This document shows, one piece after another, positions 11,417 to 22,645 of a stretch of DNA of 64,000 bases; the stretch's first letter is position 1, and each line of letters begins with the position of its first letter. Where the stretch lies: IMG/VR virus record IMGVR_UViG_3300044639_001144. The stretch is one strand, 5' to 3'. Source of the DNA: a virus. The position numbers and the translations under genes were made by a program. The notes under the pieces are model-generated. The model searched no databases and was not told where the DNA came from. It saw only the letters and a program-made list of their open reading frames with translations.

Positions 11417-14400
11417 TTATCTAATACCAACTACAACCTCTATAATACCATTTTCGCCAGTAAAATCAGCAAGAGCTTTACCAATTACTGTACCAACTGC
11501 TGGATTTGCTTCAGCACGAGCTGTACCGTTGCCATTACTTACTAGCATATCACCCTTACGCACAGTGCCGGTTACGCTACATGGAACACGCCCTTGTAAG
11601 GCCACGGCCACAACATTTTCACCAATTAATCCGCTGTTCATTAAGTAACTTGGATTAGTTGATACAATGCCAGCTACTTTAGCATCGCTAGCAACAGTAC
11701 TTCCTGTTACTTCTAATTCACCACCAAACGATACTACTGTTCCAGGAGCATATTCTGCGTCTGCTAAGTATAATTCAGCTAAGTCAGCGTATAAGGCTGA
11801 GGTTGATTGAGCAAATACTCTGTTAAAGTAGTTACTTGAGCTACCAATATTTCCTACTGCATTACCATTTGAATTAACAATATTTCCTGCTGTAATTGTA
11901 CCTGTACCAACTGACAAGTTACCACCGTTTATATTTCCAGTTGCTGATATTAATCCAGCTGTTCTGACATTACCTGCTTGAACATTACCAGTAACACTTA
12001 CGTTAGCACCTGTATTAACATTACCTGTGCCGTTTGGAGTTAATACAATATTAGAATTAGCAGCACTAGTTTGAATATCTAATTGACCTGAGTCAGTAAT
12101 TGCTCCACTTAGCAGCAAGTTACCACCAGTAATATTACCAGTTGATACCGTTAAATTTGTTCCAGTTAATGCTGCGCCTGTTATGGCGCCAGTTGAACTA
12201 ATTAAACCTGCTGTTAGAAGATTGCCACCAGTAATGTTTGCTGTTACAGCTAAACTACCCAAAGTACCAACTGAAGTAATACTTGTTTGTGATGCTGTGG
12301 CAATAGTACCAATTAAACTAGCACCAGAGACATTACCAACAGCACTAATACCTAAACTTGATACCCAAACATTCGCAGATGTGTTATACAGCAATGTCGC
12401 ATATGCCGAACCTACTGGCCCAACCTCAATTCCACCGTTATTAGCAGCGGTAGAGTTAGCAGCATTATTGGCCATGTTAATTTGTAAATCGTTTGTACTA
12501 ATTGTATTTGAATTAATAGTTGTAGTAGTACCATTAACTGTCAAGTTACCAGTAATAACCACGTTACCATCAGTTCCACCTGATCCATTTGGATCAATAG
12601 TTAGAGTAGGGCCAACACCTACGATTAAGTTACCACTTAATGTAATACCTCCAACTGATATTGTGCCAGCCGTAGTAAAGTTGCCGCCAGTAGTATTACC
12701 TGTTACACTTAAACTACCCAATGTGCCAACGCTAGTAATACTTGTTTGTGATGCTGTGGCAATAGTACCAATTAAACTAGCACCAGAGACATTACCAGTA
12801 GCTGAAATTAATCCACCTGTCAATAAGTTGCCGCCAGTAGTATTACCTGTTACACTTAAACTTGTTAATGTACCTAAACTAGTAACATTAGCTTGAGCAT
12901 TACCTGTTACAGTAGCCGCAGTAGTAGCTGACCCTGCAGTAGTGGCTGATCCTGCCGAAGTTGCGTAAGTTGCGTTAGCCACTGTGCCAGTTACATTACC
13001 GCCTGCTATGCTTGATAATGTTGCGCCATTGCCCACAAAATAATTACCAATAATATTACCAGTGGCACTTACTGTTGTTGCAGTAACATTACCGCCTGAT
13101 ATATTACCATTGGCATTTTGTGTTACAATTGGTGCGCCACCAAAACTTAATGTTGTGGCATTAGCAGTAATATTAGATCCACCAATGAATATTGTGTTGC
13201 CACTTATCCATAAGTTACTCCAACGATTAGTACTGTTACCTAAACTTTGTGTATTATTACCATTAGGATTTAAATTACCAGTTACTGTGATTTGCGTTGC
13301 GCTAACATTAATAACGTTTGAATTACCAACCGCCATGTAAATGTCTCCACCAGGAGAAGCAATGTTAACTTGGCTATTGCCACTTTGAATTCTTGATGCT
13401 ACAACATTACCACCACCTACGTTTGTAAGATATGTACCATCTCCGTAAATGAATCCATTTCCAGAATTAACTACTAAATTACCCGTAATAGCAACGTTAG
13501 CATTTGAATCAGTTACACCTATCACAGCGTTTCCACTGCTGTTACTAATACTCATTACAGATGTAGTAGTTGTAATTTCACGAACATCGATTGTATCGCC
13601 AACTACGGGTGCTTCTGTAAATGTCAATACACAAGTAGGATCCACTCCGCTTACTGAATATGCGGTAGTTGGAATTTGAACAATACCGTTAATAGTAACA
13701 ATACAACTATCAGTAGTTTGACTTGAACCTAAGGTAAACGCAGTAGTAACTCCGTCGCCATTAAATTGTTCATTTTGAATAATAGTGAATTCACTGCCAC
13801 TAACATCAACCCAAACAGATCCATTCCATACTTCCAAGTAACTAAATGATGTATTCCATCGGAACATACCAATTGCTGGAGATCCAGGACGCTGAGCAGT
13901 ATTACCAACTGGTAGTAACATAGAGTCTGTGGCATTAATTGCCAGTGTAGCACCTGTTGTTTGTGTAACATTAGCACCTAGTGTTACTGAGTTAGCTGCT
14001 GTATCAACTAGGAAAGTTGTACTAGATTGGATATTGCCAGTAGAACTTATAATGCCAGCAGTTAAAATATTGCCGCTAGTTAAATTGCCAGTAGAACTAA
14101 ACTCGCCAACTGTTAATACGTTTCCTGCTATAACATTACCAGTAGCACTAAATTCTCCACCAGACAATACATTTCCACTAGCACTAACGTTACCTGTGCT
14201 TACATTGCCACTAGTAACATTACCGCCCACGCTTACATTTGTTATACCATAAATGTTATTAGCTGTTACATCTAAAGAAACACTTAAATTAGAAACTACA
14301 TTACCTGATAAACTTAATTGATTAGCATTAATACTAGCATTAGTATCGACATTTCCCAATAAAGTCACACCTTGATCGTAAAATGTAGCAACTACATTTG

Positions 14401-17400
14401 AACCACCACCAACAGCAATGACTAAATTGCCATCTGCGCTCGCAATATTAGCATAACTTCCGCCGTTACTGATCTTAGTTGAAGAAACGTTAGCAGCATT
14501 AATGTTACTGATATATGCGCCATCGCCAATGAAGTAATTTCCAGTTGAAATATTACCAAGGGCACTCATTTGTCCCGATGTATCAATGTTACCAACAGTA
14601 ACATTGCCACTTGTGCTGATAATACCAGATCCAACTAATACATTACCACCTGTTATATTTCCAGAAGCACTTACAGTAACTGAACTAACAAGGTTACCAG
14701 TAATATTACCAGAAGAACTTACATCTCCGCCTGTTAATATATTTCCACCTGTAATATTACCTGCTGCTGATACACTAGCTGTTGTAAATAAATTATTTGA
14801 AGTAACATTGCCTGTAACATTCAATCCGCTAGTTACATTGCCACTTAAACTTAGCGTATTTCCATTTAATGCGTTATTAGAAACAATATTTCCAAACGCC
14901 GAAACATCGGCAACAGCAACTAAATTACCAGCCGCTACATTACCAGTTACATTCAATGTAGATGTTACATTGCCACTTAGACTTAACGTATTTCCATTTA
15001 ATGCGTTATTAGAAACAATATTTCCCAATGCCGAAACATCATATACAGAAACTACATTACCTGAAATAATATTACCAGTTACATTCAATGTTGATGTTAC
15101 ATTGCCACTTAAACTTAAATTGCCGGTATTAACAACAGTAAGAGCATTAATTACATTTCCTGTAATTTGATTATCAACGTTTAAATTGCCAAGTACATTA
15201 CCGCTTAATGAAATATTAGTAACTGAAATATTGCCAGCAGAAAGATTTCCAGTAACGCTAAATGTAGTCGCATTTATAACATTACCTGTTATACTACCAG
15301 TGACACTTAAACTTGATCCCGTCGCATCACCAATATTTGGTGTAACTAGTGGAGCATTAGCAGGAATGTAAAGTTGATTGCTACCATTTCTACTGATAGT
15401 ACTGCCATCATATAATGCGTCAATAACTGTGCCAGTTACACTGATTGCGTTACCACCAGTATATTGACCAGCACCAGAAAATTGAGACCAAAGAATTTGT
15501 GTTGTACCAACGGTAATTGGATTATTAGTTATACATACCCAACCAGTATCTGCTTGAGTTGAACCATATTCAACAAAAGTAAATGACGATGCCATTTCTG
15601 TGCCGATATCAAAATCAATGGCACGAGTCAATACATACGCAACACTTGGACTGCCCGCTGTTGTAACGGTATAGATACCGTTAAACGCAGCTGATTGTGT
15701 TGTGTTATTGACAAATGCGCCAACTTCATTTTTAATTAATACACGTTCGCCTGCTGATACTACGGTACCATCAATTGTTAAGTTACCAACTGCGGCTCCT
15801 GTTAGGGTTGCGCCAACACCGCTTGATCCATTATTGTAAGTATAGCCACCGCCAAAAATGTTGCCTGTAGTAGCATAAGCCACCGATGCTTTAAGATCAA
15901 GTCCCTGCGCTACACTATCAACATATTGTTTGTTTGCTACATCTAATGCCGCAACAGGATCTGGTACGTTTGTAATCCATGTATTACCAGCATTAATGTT
16001 ACCAGTTACACTAAATTGTAATCCCGCGTATGTGCTGGTAACAATAAGTGTGTTACCCGTAATAGCATTACCAACAAAAGTTTGATTTGTGATAATATTT
16101 CCGGCAGCACTTATAATATTTCCAGAATATACATTACCTGTATAAACGCCACCAACTGCGCTAACATCAGCAGCAGAAATTAAGTTTCCGGCAGATACAT
16201 TACCCGTTGCTGTCATGAAACCAGATGTTGATACATTTCCAACGGTAACAGTTCCTGTAGAACTAATTACACCAGGAGTGGCAATATTGCCAGCTGCTAC
16301 ATTGCCTGTTACGTTTAATGCGCTAGTTACGTTGCCACTTAGATTTAATGTATTTCCATTTAATGCGCTGTTTGCGACAATGTTACCTAGTGCCGAAACA
16401 TCGGTAGTTGCAACAATATATTGTGCAATTACATTGCCAGTTACGTTTAATGCTGATGTTACATTGCCACTTAGGCTTAATGAATTAGCATTAATTGCTG
16501 CGTTTGTCGAAACATCACCGACAAAACTTATTCCTGTATCATAGAAAGTGGCAACTACATTTGAACTTGCGCCAACAGCAATGACTAGGTTGCCATCTAC
16601 ACTGGCAATGTTCGCATATGTATTACCGTTTGAAATTTTTGTTGATGAAACGTTGGCTGCGTTAATATTACTGATATATGCGCCATCGCCAATGAAATAA
16701 TTTGCGGTTTGAATATTACCAACTGCGCTTACTAACCCGGCAGTCAATAAATTAGCACCATACACATTACCAGTTGCTGTCAATGTTGTCGCAGCAATTA
16801 CATTAGCACCAGTAATATTGCCTGATGCGCCTGTTGTTGAAAAATTCGCAGCGGTAACATTTCCGCCAGCACTAATATCTGTTGTTGCGCTAACATTGTT
16901 GCCATATACATTACCAGTAGCACTTAAATTGTTTACTGCGCTAATATTATTGGCTGTAATGTTACTTGTTACGTTTAAATCGCTGGTTACGTTGCCACTT
17001 AAACTTAATGTATTTCCATTTACTGCGTTATTAGCAACAATATTACCCAATGCTGAAACATCGGTAATAGCCACTAGATTACCGGCGGTAGCTGTGCCAG
17101 TAGCACTTACATTACCAGTAAAATCAACTCCATTGTTATAAAACGTTGAAACCAATACATTGGCAATTGTAATTACCAAGTTACTATCAACAGACCCAAT
17201 GTTAGCTGAACTATTTCCGTTACTAATCTTAGTCGCAGAAACGTTTGCAGCGTTAATATTACTAATATATGCGCCATCGCCAATAAGGAAATTGGCTGTA
17301 GTAATATTTCCAGTAGAACTTATTTGTCCTGTAGTAGCAATATTGCCAACAGTAATATTACCAGAAATATTCAATGGACTTACAATATTACCGCCTATTG

Positions 17401-17863
17401 AAACATTTCCTGCAATTAATAATTCACCAGTTACATTGGCACTACCTGTAACAAGGTTTGCATAACTAAGAATATTAATGGTTGTGTTATCGCCCGCACC
17501 AGAATCCGTGTAGACTGTCACAAATGCTGTTGAACTCTCGTCCCAAACGAAAGCTATGTTATTTGATGTACCACGTTGACCAATATAACCAATATCTAAT
17601 GTGGGGGAAGCTGTTTGGTTACTGGCTAATAGCAGTAAAGGATCTTCAATTGTTACGTTTGTTGTGTCAATTGCGGTAACATTACCAGAAACTGATAGGT
17701 TACCAGTAATTGTTAAGTCGGATCCGTATGTTAAATTGTTGGCAAGTAGAACTGAGGTCACCGAATAAGGCTGAACTTTAGTGTTCGCATTAATACCAAA
17801 ATATATATTTCCACTGATAGCATCAGTTATTTGATTATTATTAATTCTGGTTAGATTGCTCAT
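11417..17863 (-). CDS. 2148-aa fibre protein with C-terminal chaperone/autocleavage domain
   Basis: GN[IV][TS] repeats, DVANKQYVD motif, G.RVLIKNE...NGIY module, LPVGNTAQRP motif, C-terminal ADLAE...ALQGRVPC...KGD domain. Confidence 0.8.
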   Translation of the reverse strand: MSNLTRINNNQITDAISGNIYFGINANTKVQPYSVTSVLLANNLTYGSDLTITGNLSVSGNVTAIDTTNVTIEDPLLLLASNQTASPTLDIGYIGQRGTSNNIAFVWDESSTAFVTVYTDSGAGDNTTINILSYANLVTGSANVTGELLIAGNVSIGGNIVSPLNISGNITVGNIATTGQISSTGNITTANFLIGDGAYISNINAANVSATKISNGNSSANIGSVDSNLVITIANVLVSTFYNNGVDFTGNVSATGTATAGNLVAITDVSALGNIVANNAVNGNTLSLSGNVTSDLNVTSNITANNISAVNNLSATGNVYGNNVSATTDISAGGNVTAANFSTTGASGNITGANVIAATTLTATGNVYGANLLTAGLVSAVGNIQTANYFIGDGAYISNINAANVSSTKISNGNTYANIASVDGNLVIAVGASSNVVATFYDTGISFVGDVSTNAAINANSLSLSGNVTSALNVTGNVIAQYIVATTDVSALGNIVANSALNGNTLNLSGNVTSALNVTGNVAAGNIATPGVISSTGTVTVGNVSTSGFMTATGNVSAGNLISAADVSAVGGVYTGNVYSGNIISAAGNIITNQTFVGNAITGNTLIVTSTYAGLQFSVTGNINAGNTWITNVPDPVAALDVANKQYVDSVAQGLDLKASVAYATTGNIFGGGYTYNNGSSGVGATLTGAAVGNLTIDGTVVSAGERVLIKNEVGAFVNNTTQSAAFNGIYTVTTAGSPSVAYVLTRAIDFDIGTEMASSFTFVEYGSTQADTGWVCITNNPITVGTTQILWSQFSGAGQYTGGNAISVTGTVIDALYDGSTISRNGSNQLYIPANAPLVTPNIGDATGSSLSVTGSITGNVINATTFSVTGNLSAGNISVTNISLSGNVLGNLNVDNQITGNVINALTVVNTGNLSLSGNVTSTLNVTGNIISGNVVSVYDVSALGNIVSNNALNGNTLSLSGNVTSTLNVTGNVAAGNLVAVADVSAFGNIVSNNALNGNTLSLSGNVTSGLNVTGNVTSNNLFTTASVSAAGNITGGNILTGGDVSSSGNITGNLVSSVTVSASGNITGGNVLVGSGIISTSGNVTVGNIDTSGQMSALGNISTGNYFIGDGAYISNINAANVSSTKISNGGSYANIASADGNLVIAVGGGSNVVATFYDQGVTLLGNVDTNASINANQLSLSGNVVSNLSVSLDVTANNIYGITNVSVGGNVTSGNVSTGNVSASGNVLSGGEFSATGNVIAGNVLTVGEFSSTGNLTSGNILTAGIISSTGNIQSSTTFLVDTAANSVTLGANVTQTTGATLAINATDSMLLPVGNTAQRPGSPAIGMFRWNTSFSYLEVWNGSVWVDVSGSEFTIIQNEQFNGDGVTTAFTLGSSQTTDSCIVTINGIVQIPTTAYSVSGVDPTCVLTFTEAPVVGDTIDVREITTTTSVMSISNSSGNAVIGVTDSNANVAITGNLVVNSGNGFIYGDGTYLTNVGGGNVVASRIQSGNSQVNIASPGGDIYMAVGNSNVINVSATQITVTGNLNPNGNNTQSLGNSTNRWSNLWISGNTIFIGGSNITANATTLSFGGAPIVTQNANGNISGGNVTATTVSATGNIIGNYFVGNGATLSSIAGGNVTGTVANATYATSAGSATTAGSATTAATVTGNAQANVTSLGTLTSLSVTGNTTGGNLLTGGLISATGNVSGASLIGTIATASQTSITSVGTLGSLSVTGNTTGGNFTTAGTISVGGITLSGNLIVGVGPTLTIDPNGSGGTDGNVVITGNLTVNGTTTTINSNTISTNDLQINMANNAANSTAANNGGIEVGPVGSAYATLLYNTSANVWVSSLGISAVGNVSGASLIGTIATASQTSITSVGTLGSLAVTANITGGNLLTAGLISSTGAITGAALTGTNLTVSTGNITGGNLLLSGAITDSGQLDIQTSAANSNIVLTPNGTGNVNTGANVSVTGNVQAGNVRTAGLISATGNINGGNLSVGTGTITAGNIVNSNGNAVGNIGSSSNYFNRVFAQSTSALYADLAELYLADAEYAPGTVVSFGGELEVTGSTVASDAKVAGIVSTNPSYLMNSGLIGENVVAVALQGRVPCSVTGTVRKGDMLVSNGNGTARAEANPAVGTVIGKALADFTGENGIIEVVVGIR

Positions 17864-17904
17864 AAAATTCCCTATGTAGGAGTATTTATGTCAGATTGTT
17901 AAAT

Positions 17905-19548
17905 TCAATATCCGCCAGTCAATGCAGTTCTTTTCCAAGTATTTGTGGCTGTACAAACGTAGATATAATTAGTATCCCAACATATTTGCCCTATTGAACC
18001 TGTTGCATTTGATGCTTTTGTCTGTTGAGGAGATGTTAATAATCCGCCAACAGTAATGTTACCAGCAGCACTTACTGAATAATTTATATCAAAAGAACTT
18101 GAAGTCATTGTGGCAAATGTATTATTTGCTGTGGTAAACAGTATATTACCATAAGGAGTTACATTGATAGCACTATTTCCTGCACTATTAGTTAAATATG
18201 ATACTTGTGACAAGTAAGAAATAAAACGAATGTCTATTATATCTGTATTAAATGGGGTTTGAGTAAATGATATCGAATTACCAGTAACTGAATATGCGTT
18301 TCCTGGTTGCTGCCATACTCCGTTAATTGAAACCAATACGCTTGATGTAGTGGATTCTTGATTTAACGTAAATGTATTGCCAGTGCCATCCGGAGTAATT
18401 TGTTGATTAGAAATAGAACCAGGGGCAATAACATTACCACCCGCAACCCATTGTACACCATCATAAGTTTCCGCAGAATCTAATGTAATATTGAATCTTG
18501 TTGTTCCTGTTGGTGGACTAACTGGTCTTTGAGCAGTATTTCCAGATGGAAGTACTATGCCAGAATTTCCAGCAAATGCTATTAAATTTCCAGTTGAACT
18601 AAGGGTAGTATCTACGATAGTAATATTAGCAAGAGTAACATTGCCATTTACACTTAAATTGGCCAATGTTCCTAATGTTGTCAAACTACTAAAGATAACA
18701 TTACTAGATAATGTATTACCAATCAAAGAATTAGCATATGTAATAATACCAGTTAATTGACTACCGTTGCCAAGAATAAAGTTACCAGTTACGTTACCAG
18801 TCGCACTAATCAATCCAACTGTTAATATATTACCACTAGAAGTGTTTCCACTAACAGTCATTACATTAGTTGCTTGATCGAATGTGAATCCTGAACTTGC
18901 CCCTGCGTTACCACTATTGTTATATAATACCTGTGTATTTGCTCCAGGAACTGTTATGTTACCTGAAATGTTACCTATTAATGTACCAACAAAGAACCCC
19001 GATGTTGTAATATTACCAGTTGCACTGATTGTATTAGAAACTGCAACATTTCCCAATATACTAACACCAGTTGGAGTAAAGACAGCTACGTTACCAACAG
19101 TACTAACTGATATCGTTACATTAGCATTGGCTGTTGCAATATTTAAATTACTATCACCGTTTACTACATTAGAAACTGATGTAATAATACCAGTTAACTG
19201 TGATCCGTTGCCAAGTATAAAATTGCCGGTTATATTTCCAGTGGCTGAAACTACTCCTCCAGTGATAATGTTGCCACCAGTTACATTACTTGAAGCAGAA
19301 ACCAATCCACTTGTCAATAAGTTACCACCTGTAATATTACCTGAAACAGAAACAGATGATAAAGTTATAGAATTACTCCAAACTCTTGTGTTATTGGTTG
19401 ATATTGTTAAAATGCTGTTATCAGCACCTGCCCCAAGATTAGGTTCAGCTTCGCCTAATGCTAAAAATTCGTATCTAGTAGTACTAAGATTAGCATAAGA
19501 TACTACCGGAGAACGGCCGCTAAGAAGTTTTGTTGTGTTTATTGACAT
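17905..19548 (-). CDS. Virion fibre/structural protein (547 aa)
   Basis: Same repeat family. LPSGNTAQRP and VSINGVWQQP modules, C-terminal GQICWDTNYIYVC...WKR. Confidence 0.7.
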   Translation of the reverse strand: MSINTTKLLSGRSPVVSYANLSTTRYEFLALGEAEPNLGAGADNSILTISTNNTRVWSNSITLSSVSVSGNITGGNLLTSGLVSASSNVTGGNIITGGVVSATGNITGNFILGNGSQLTGIITSVSNVVNGDSNLNIATANANVTISVSTVGNVAVFTPTGVSILGNVAVSNTISATGNITTSGFFVGTLIGNISGNITVPGANTQVLYNNSGNAGASSGFTFDQATNVMTVSGNTSSGNILTVGLISATGNVTGNFILGNGSQLTGIITYANSLIGNTLSSNVIFSSLTTLGTLANLSVNGNVTLANITIVDTTLSSTGNLIAFAGNSGIVLPSGNTAQRPVSPPTGTTRFNITLDSAETYDGVQWVAGGNVIAPGSISNQQITPDGTGNTFTLNQESTTSSVLVSINGVWQQPGNAYSVTGNSISFTQTPFNTDIIDIRFISYLSQVSYLTNSAGNSAINVTPYGNILFTTANNTFATMTSSSFDINYSVSAAGNITVGGLLTSPQQTKASNATGSIGQICWDTNYIYVCTATNTWKRTALTGGY

Positions 19549-19549
19549 A

Positions 19550-19894
19550 TTATGCTGTTAATGTTTCTAGAAAACTCAAAACTAATTGTGCGCTAGTATT
19601 GGCGCTTGCAGAAAGTTGCAATGAATCTCCGTACTGTAAAATTAATCTACCAGTAAGAATACTAGCGGCATCATCAACTGGAATACTATAGTTGTTAATC
19701 AACGAAGTAGAAGCTGTTACATTACCAGTAGTTCTACTTATACCAGCAGAAACTTCAACTGTGCTACCTCCGGTATTACTAACTTGCGCCAATAACACTA
19801 CTGTAGCATATCCCAACGGAGGAGTATATACCGTTGTTGTAGTAGTCGTAACATTTGCTAAAGTTGTTTTAAATAAATTTAATGCGCCTGACAT
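19550..19894 (-). CDS. Small virion structural protein (114 aa)
   Basis: Clean ORF with an AAGGA RBS, tightly coupled to neighbouring structural genes; beta-rich pattern (VYTPP...GRLILQYGDSL). Confidence 0.6.
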   Translation of the reverse strand: MSGALNLFKTTLANVTTTTTTVYTPPLGYATVVLLAQVSNTGGSTVEVSAGISRTTGNVTASTSLINNYSIPVDDAASILTGRLILQYGDSLQLSASANTSAQLVLSFLETLTA

Positions 19895-19915
19895 AATTTT
19901 TCCTTGTTTTGCTGG

Positions 19916-21559
19916 TTAATCGCCTGATATAGCTAAAATGTACGGTGTCATTTGAGCAAATAAACTTTTGTAAAAAGCGTCACCCGTGATAGTTGCTGTT
20001 GCTTGATTAACAATAAATCCGTCACCTACTTTAAAGTTACCTTTTTGATCAGTACTTGTATAAGTTATGACCGCGCCATTTGTGGACACTACTTCATTTG
20101 CTTCAATAGGAATGCCACCATATTGCGGTAATGCAGTGGCAGGATCCGTTCCCGCGCCCACGTACTCAAACGTATGTGCTGAAGCAATAATACTACTGCG
20201 AGTGTAAAATGATATTCCTGTACCGGGAGCAGCATTACCTAAGTATGTTTGCTGTACGCTGACTGTGCTATTTCCTACTCCTGGAATATTAGGAAGAATA
20301 ATGTCAATGGTATAATATTCTGGATCTCCGTCTATTAGTACGACGGTGTTAACATGAGGTTGACCATTAGATAAATTGTCAATAACAAATGTTCCTTGGA
20401 ATTGACTTACAATATTTCCAGAAGTTTGAAGTGGCCCTACGCCGTCAGCCACCAATCCATAGTTGCCTATTGAACAATCTGATCCGTTAAGAGTAATGAA
20501 TGATCCTGATTCAACTTTGACTCCAATATCACAGGCAATTGTATAAATGTTAACTGATTGACTATATGCCGAATTTACAAGATGTATTCCTATACCACCT
20601 CTATTGATAATGGTAAAAAAACCTACAATCATTGCTTTAGTTCCAATACACACATCACCATCAACATACACGGCAGTTCCAGTGGTAGTACTTGAGGTAA
20701 GGTTTTGAATATATGGACTAACAAAAGCTGTAGTTACAGTAGTTGGATCATAACTAAATGCTTTACCAGTATAATCCCGTACAGTTACACCCCATACATA
20801 ACTTCCGCCCGACATGTAAAACATATCACTGCTTGTTACGGTTGGTTTTATGAATACATTTCTTAAATTGTCGCCCATTAATGCTGTATTAGGTGGAATA
20901 GTAATAGGCATATCTTCAACATACGTACCAGGAGCAACGTGAATCGATACGTTGCCTCCTAACCCAGCTGCCATATTCATAGCACTTTCAATTGTTAACA
21001 AAGGGGTTGTTAATCCACCTGTATTATCGTCGTTACCATTTTTTGCTACATATATGATATTAGCACTAGCAGAAGTAATATTTATATTGGCATTAATATT
21101 TTGTGCTGTGACATTACCAGAAACACTAAGATTTCCTGCCAATAACATTAAATTTGTACTTGTGTTAAATGTTAAATTAGAATTGCCACCAAATACACCA
21201 TTAGCGTTAAACTGAATAGCTGTATCTGGACCTGCCGGAGGAGTATTAATATTAGCATAAGCTGTTATGGGCGCACCGTTTGACGTAACACTATTACTAG
21301 TTTGCCATGCATTAACAAGTGTATCAAACCGTAATCCAGCAAATGTGTTAGCACCAGTTTGCCCTAATAATCCCATATCAGTAATTGCACCAGTATTATT
21401 AGCCGCTACTGTTATAAAAGGATCAGTTGTAACTGTTGGAACAGTATAAATTACATTACCATTGAAAACTGTTTGAGCATTTACTGTAAAAATGCCATTT
21501 CCGGCTGGAGTGCCCACATTCAATGTATAGTCAGTATTGATATTTTTAACCGAAGCCAT
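19916..21559 (-). CDS. Structural protein with a right-handed parallel beta-helix (pectin-lyase-like) domain
   Basis: IYVAKNGNDDNTG...PLLTIESA...IHVAPGTYVE..PITIP...LMGDNLR is the typical start of beta-helix tailspike-like domains. Confidence 0.6.
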   Translation of the reverse strand: MASVKNINTDYTLNVGTPAGNGIFTVNAQTVFNGNVIYTVPTVTTDPFITVAANNTGAITDMGLLGQTGANTFAGLRFDTLVNAWQTSNSVTSNGAPITAYANINTPPAGPDTAIQFNANGVFGGNSNLTFNTSTNLMLLAGNLSVSGNVTAQNINANINITSASANIIYVAKNGNDDNTGGLTTPLLTIESAMNMAAGLGGNVSIHVAPGTYVEDMPITIPPNTALMGDNLRNVFIKPTVTSSDMFYMSGGSYVWGVTVRDYTGKAFSYDPTTVTTAFVSPYIQNLTSSTTTGTAVYVDGDVCIGTKAMIVGFFTIINRGGIGIHLVNSAYSQSVNIYTIACDIGVKVESGSFITLNGSDCSIGNYGLVADGVGPLQTSGNIVSQFQGTFVIDNLSNGQPHVNTVVLIDGDPEYYTIDIILPNIPGVGNSTVSVQQTYLGNAAPGTGISFYTRSSIIASAHTFEYVGAGTDPATALPQYGGIPIEANEVVSTNGAVITYTSTDQKGNFKVGDGFIVNQATATITGDAFYKSLFAQMTPYILAISGD

Positions 21560-21610
21560 TAGTCCGAATCCTTTTTATTATTTATGTTGAAATACAAATG
21601 CTCTATCCAT

Positions 21611-21638
21611 AAAAAATCCCCTGTTTTACCAAGGGATT
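21611..21638 (-). terminator. Intrinsic terminator after 21731..22645
   Basis: AATCCC...GGGATT followed by TTTT. Confidence 0.65.
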
Positions 21639-21730
21639 AAACTTAACTAATTAAGTCTGCGTACACAGGCTGTATAATCTTACCTAATTACGAGTATACC
21701 GTGTCTACGTAGGACTCAGCTGTTATAATA

Positions 21731-22645
21731 TTACGGATTACTTGGTACTTTAGCCATTGTAATATTACCAACACTATCAGTAAATGTAATAGCATCAGCA
21801 CCAGATTTAACTACAGAAATAGGTAGACTTCCCACAGTAAATGTTAATCCACGTGTATTTCCTGCTGTAGTAACAATATTAGCTCCACCCACAGTGTCAG
21901 ACAATGTAAATGTTGATGTACCGTTAGTAGTTGTAACAAAATATGTAGTAGGGTCTGAATAACCAACAAGTGTAGCATTACCAGTTAAATTTCCGGCAAC
22001 AATAATCGGAGCATTTGCTAAAATAGTAGTAGCAACAGTACTAAATGTACCTGCATTGCCAGTAACTGTTGTAGTTCCTAGTGTAATATTACCGGCTGGA
22101 TCAAAAAAGTTTAAGAAATACTGAGTAGCATTGTTATTAACAATAACTCCATCTACTTGATCAGCTGTGCTAAATCCAACACCATACTTGTTGTTGATAC
22201 GCGACATATATGTTACTGTAACATTGCCAGTACCATCAGGAACACTAACTCCAACACTCATTTGATTAACTGTTAACGCACCATTTGCAACGTTAGCTAG
22301 ATAAGCAACCCCAGTTACGCCAGAAGTTTCTCCTGTAACTAAGAATTTACTTGCGCCTTTTTGACGAGTAATAAATGCTGCTTCGTTTTGTGTACCATCA
22401 ATATTAGCTGAAACTGTAATTACTGGAAATGTAGCCGAACCACCAGCCATTGTAGCATTACCATTGTTCCAACCTGTTTGTGAATTTTGTACATTACCAC
22501 CGACAATACCGTAGTAATTACTGTCTGTTAGTCCTGTTGGAGTAACAGCATTGTCTAGTGTACCAATTTGCGGATAACCTGCGTTAACTGCATCACCTGG
22601 AGTAGCAGCATAACCTTGTTTTTGAATTTTTAAAGCACGACCCAT
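21731..22645 (-). CDS. Putative virion structural protein (304 aa, MGRALKIQK...)
   Basis: Has its own TAAATA promoter, an AAGGA RBS and a downstream terminator; Thr/Gly-rich. Function not recognised. Confidence 0.55.
   Translation of the reverse strand: MGRALKIQKQGYAATPGDAVNAGYPQIGTLDNAVTPTGLTDSNYYGIVGGNVQNSQTGWNNGNATMAGGSATFPVITVSANIDGTQNEAAFITRQKGASKFLVTGETSGVTGVAYLANVANGALTVNQMSVGVSVPDGTGNVTVTYMSRINNKYGVGFSTADQVDGVIVNNNATQYFLNFFDPAGNITLGTTTVTGNAGTFSTVATTILANAPIIVAGNLTGNATLVGYSDPTTYFVTTTNGTSTFTLSDTVGGANIVTTAGNTRGLTFTVGSLPISVVKSGADAITFTDSVGNITMAKVPSNP

Noticed and set aside
34-21449. Many long plus-strand Pro/Val/Leu-rich ORFs (e.g. 1750..2706, 5250..6881, 8256..9539; likewise 30510..31550)
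   Set aside because: They are antisense shadows of the repetitive minus-strand fibre genes, whose GGN/AAY/ACN codons rarely give stops on the other strand. They have no independent RBS or promoter.
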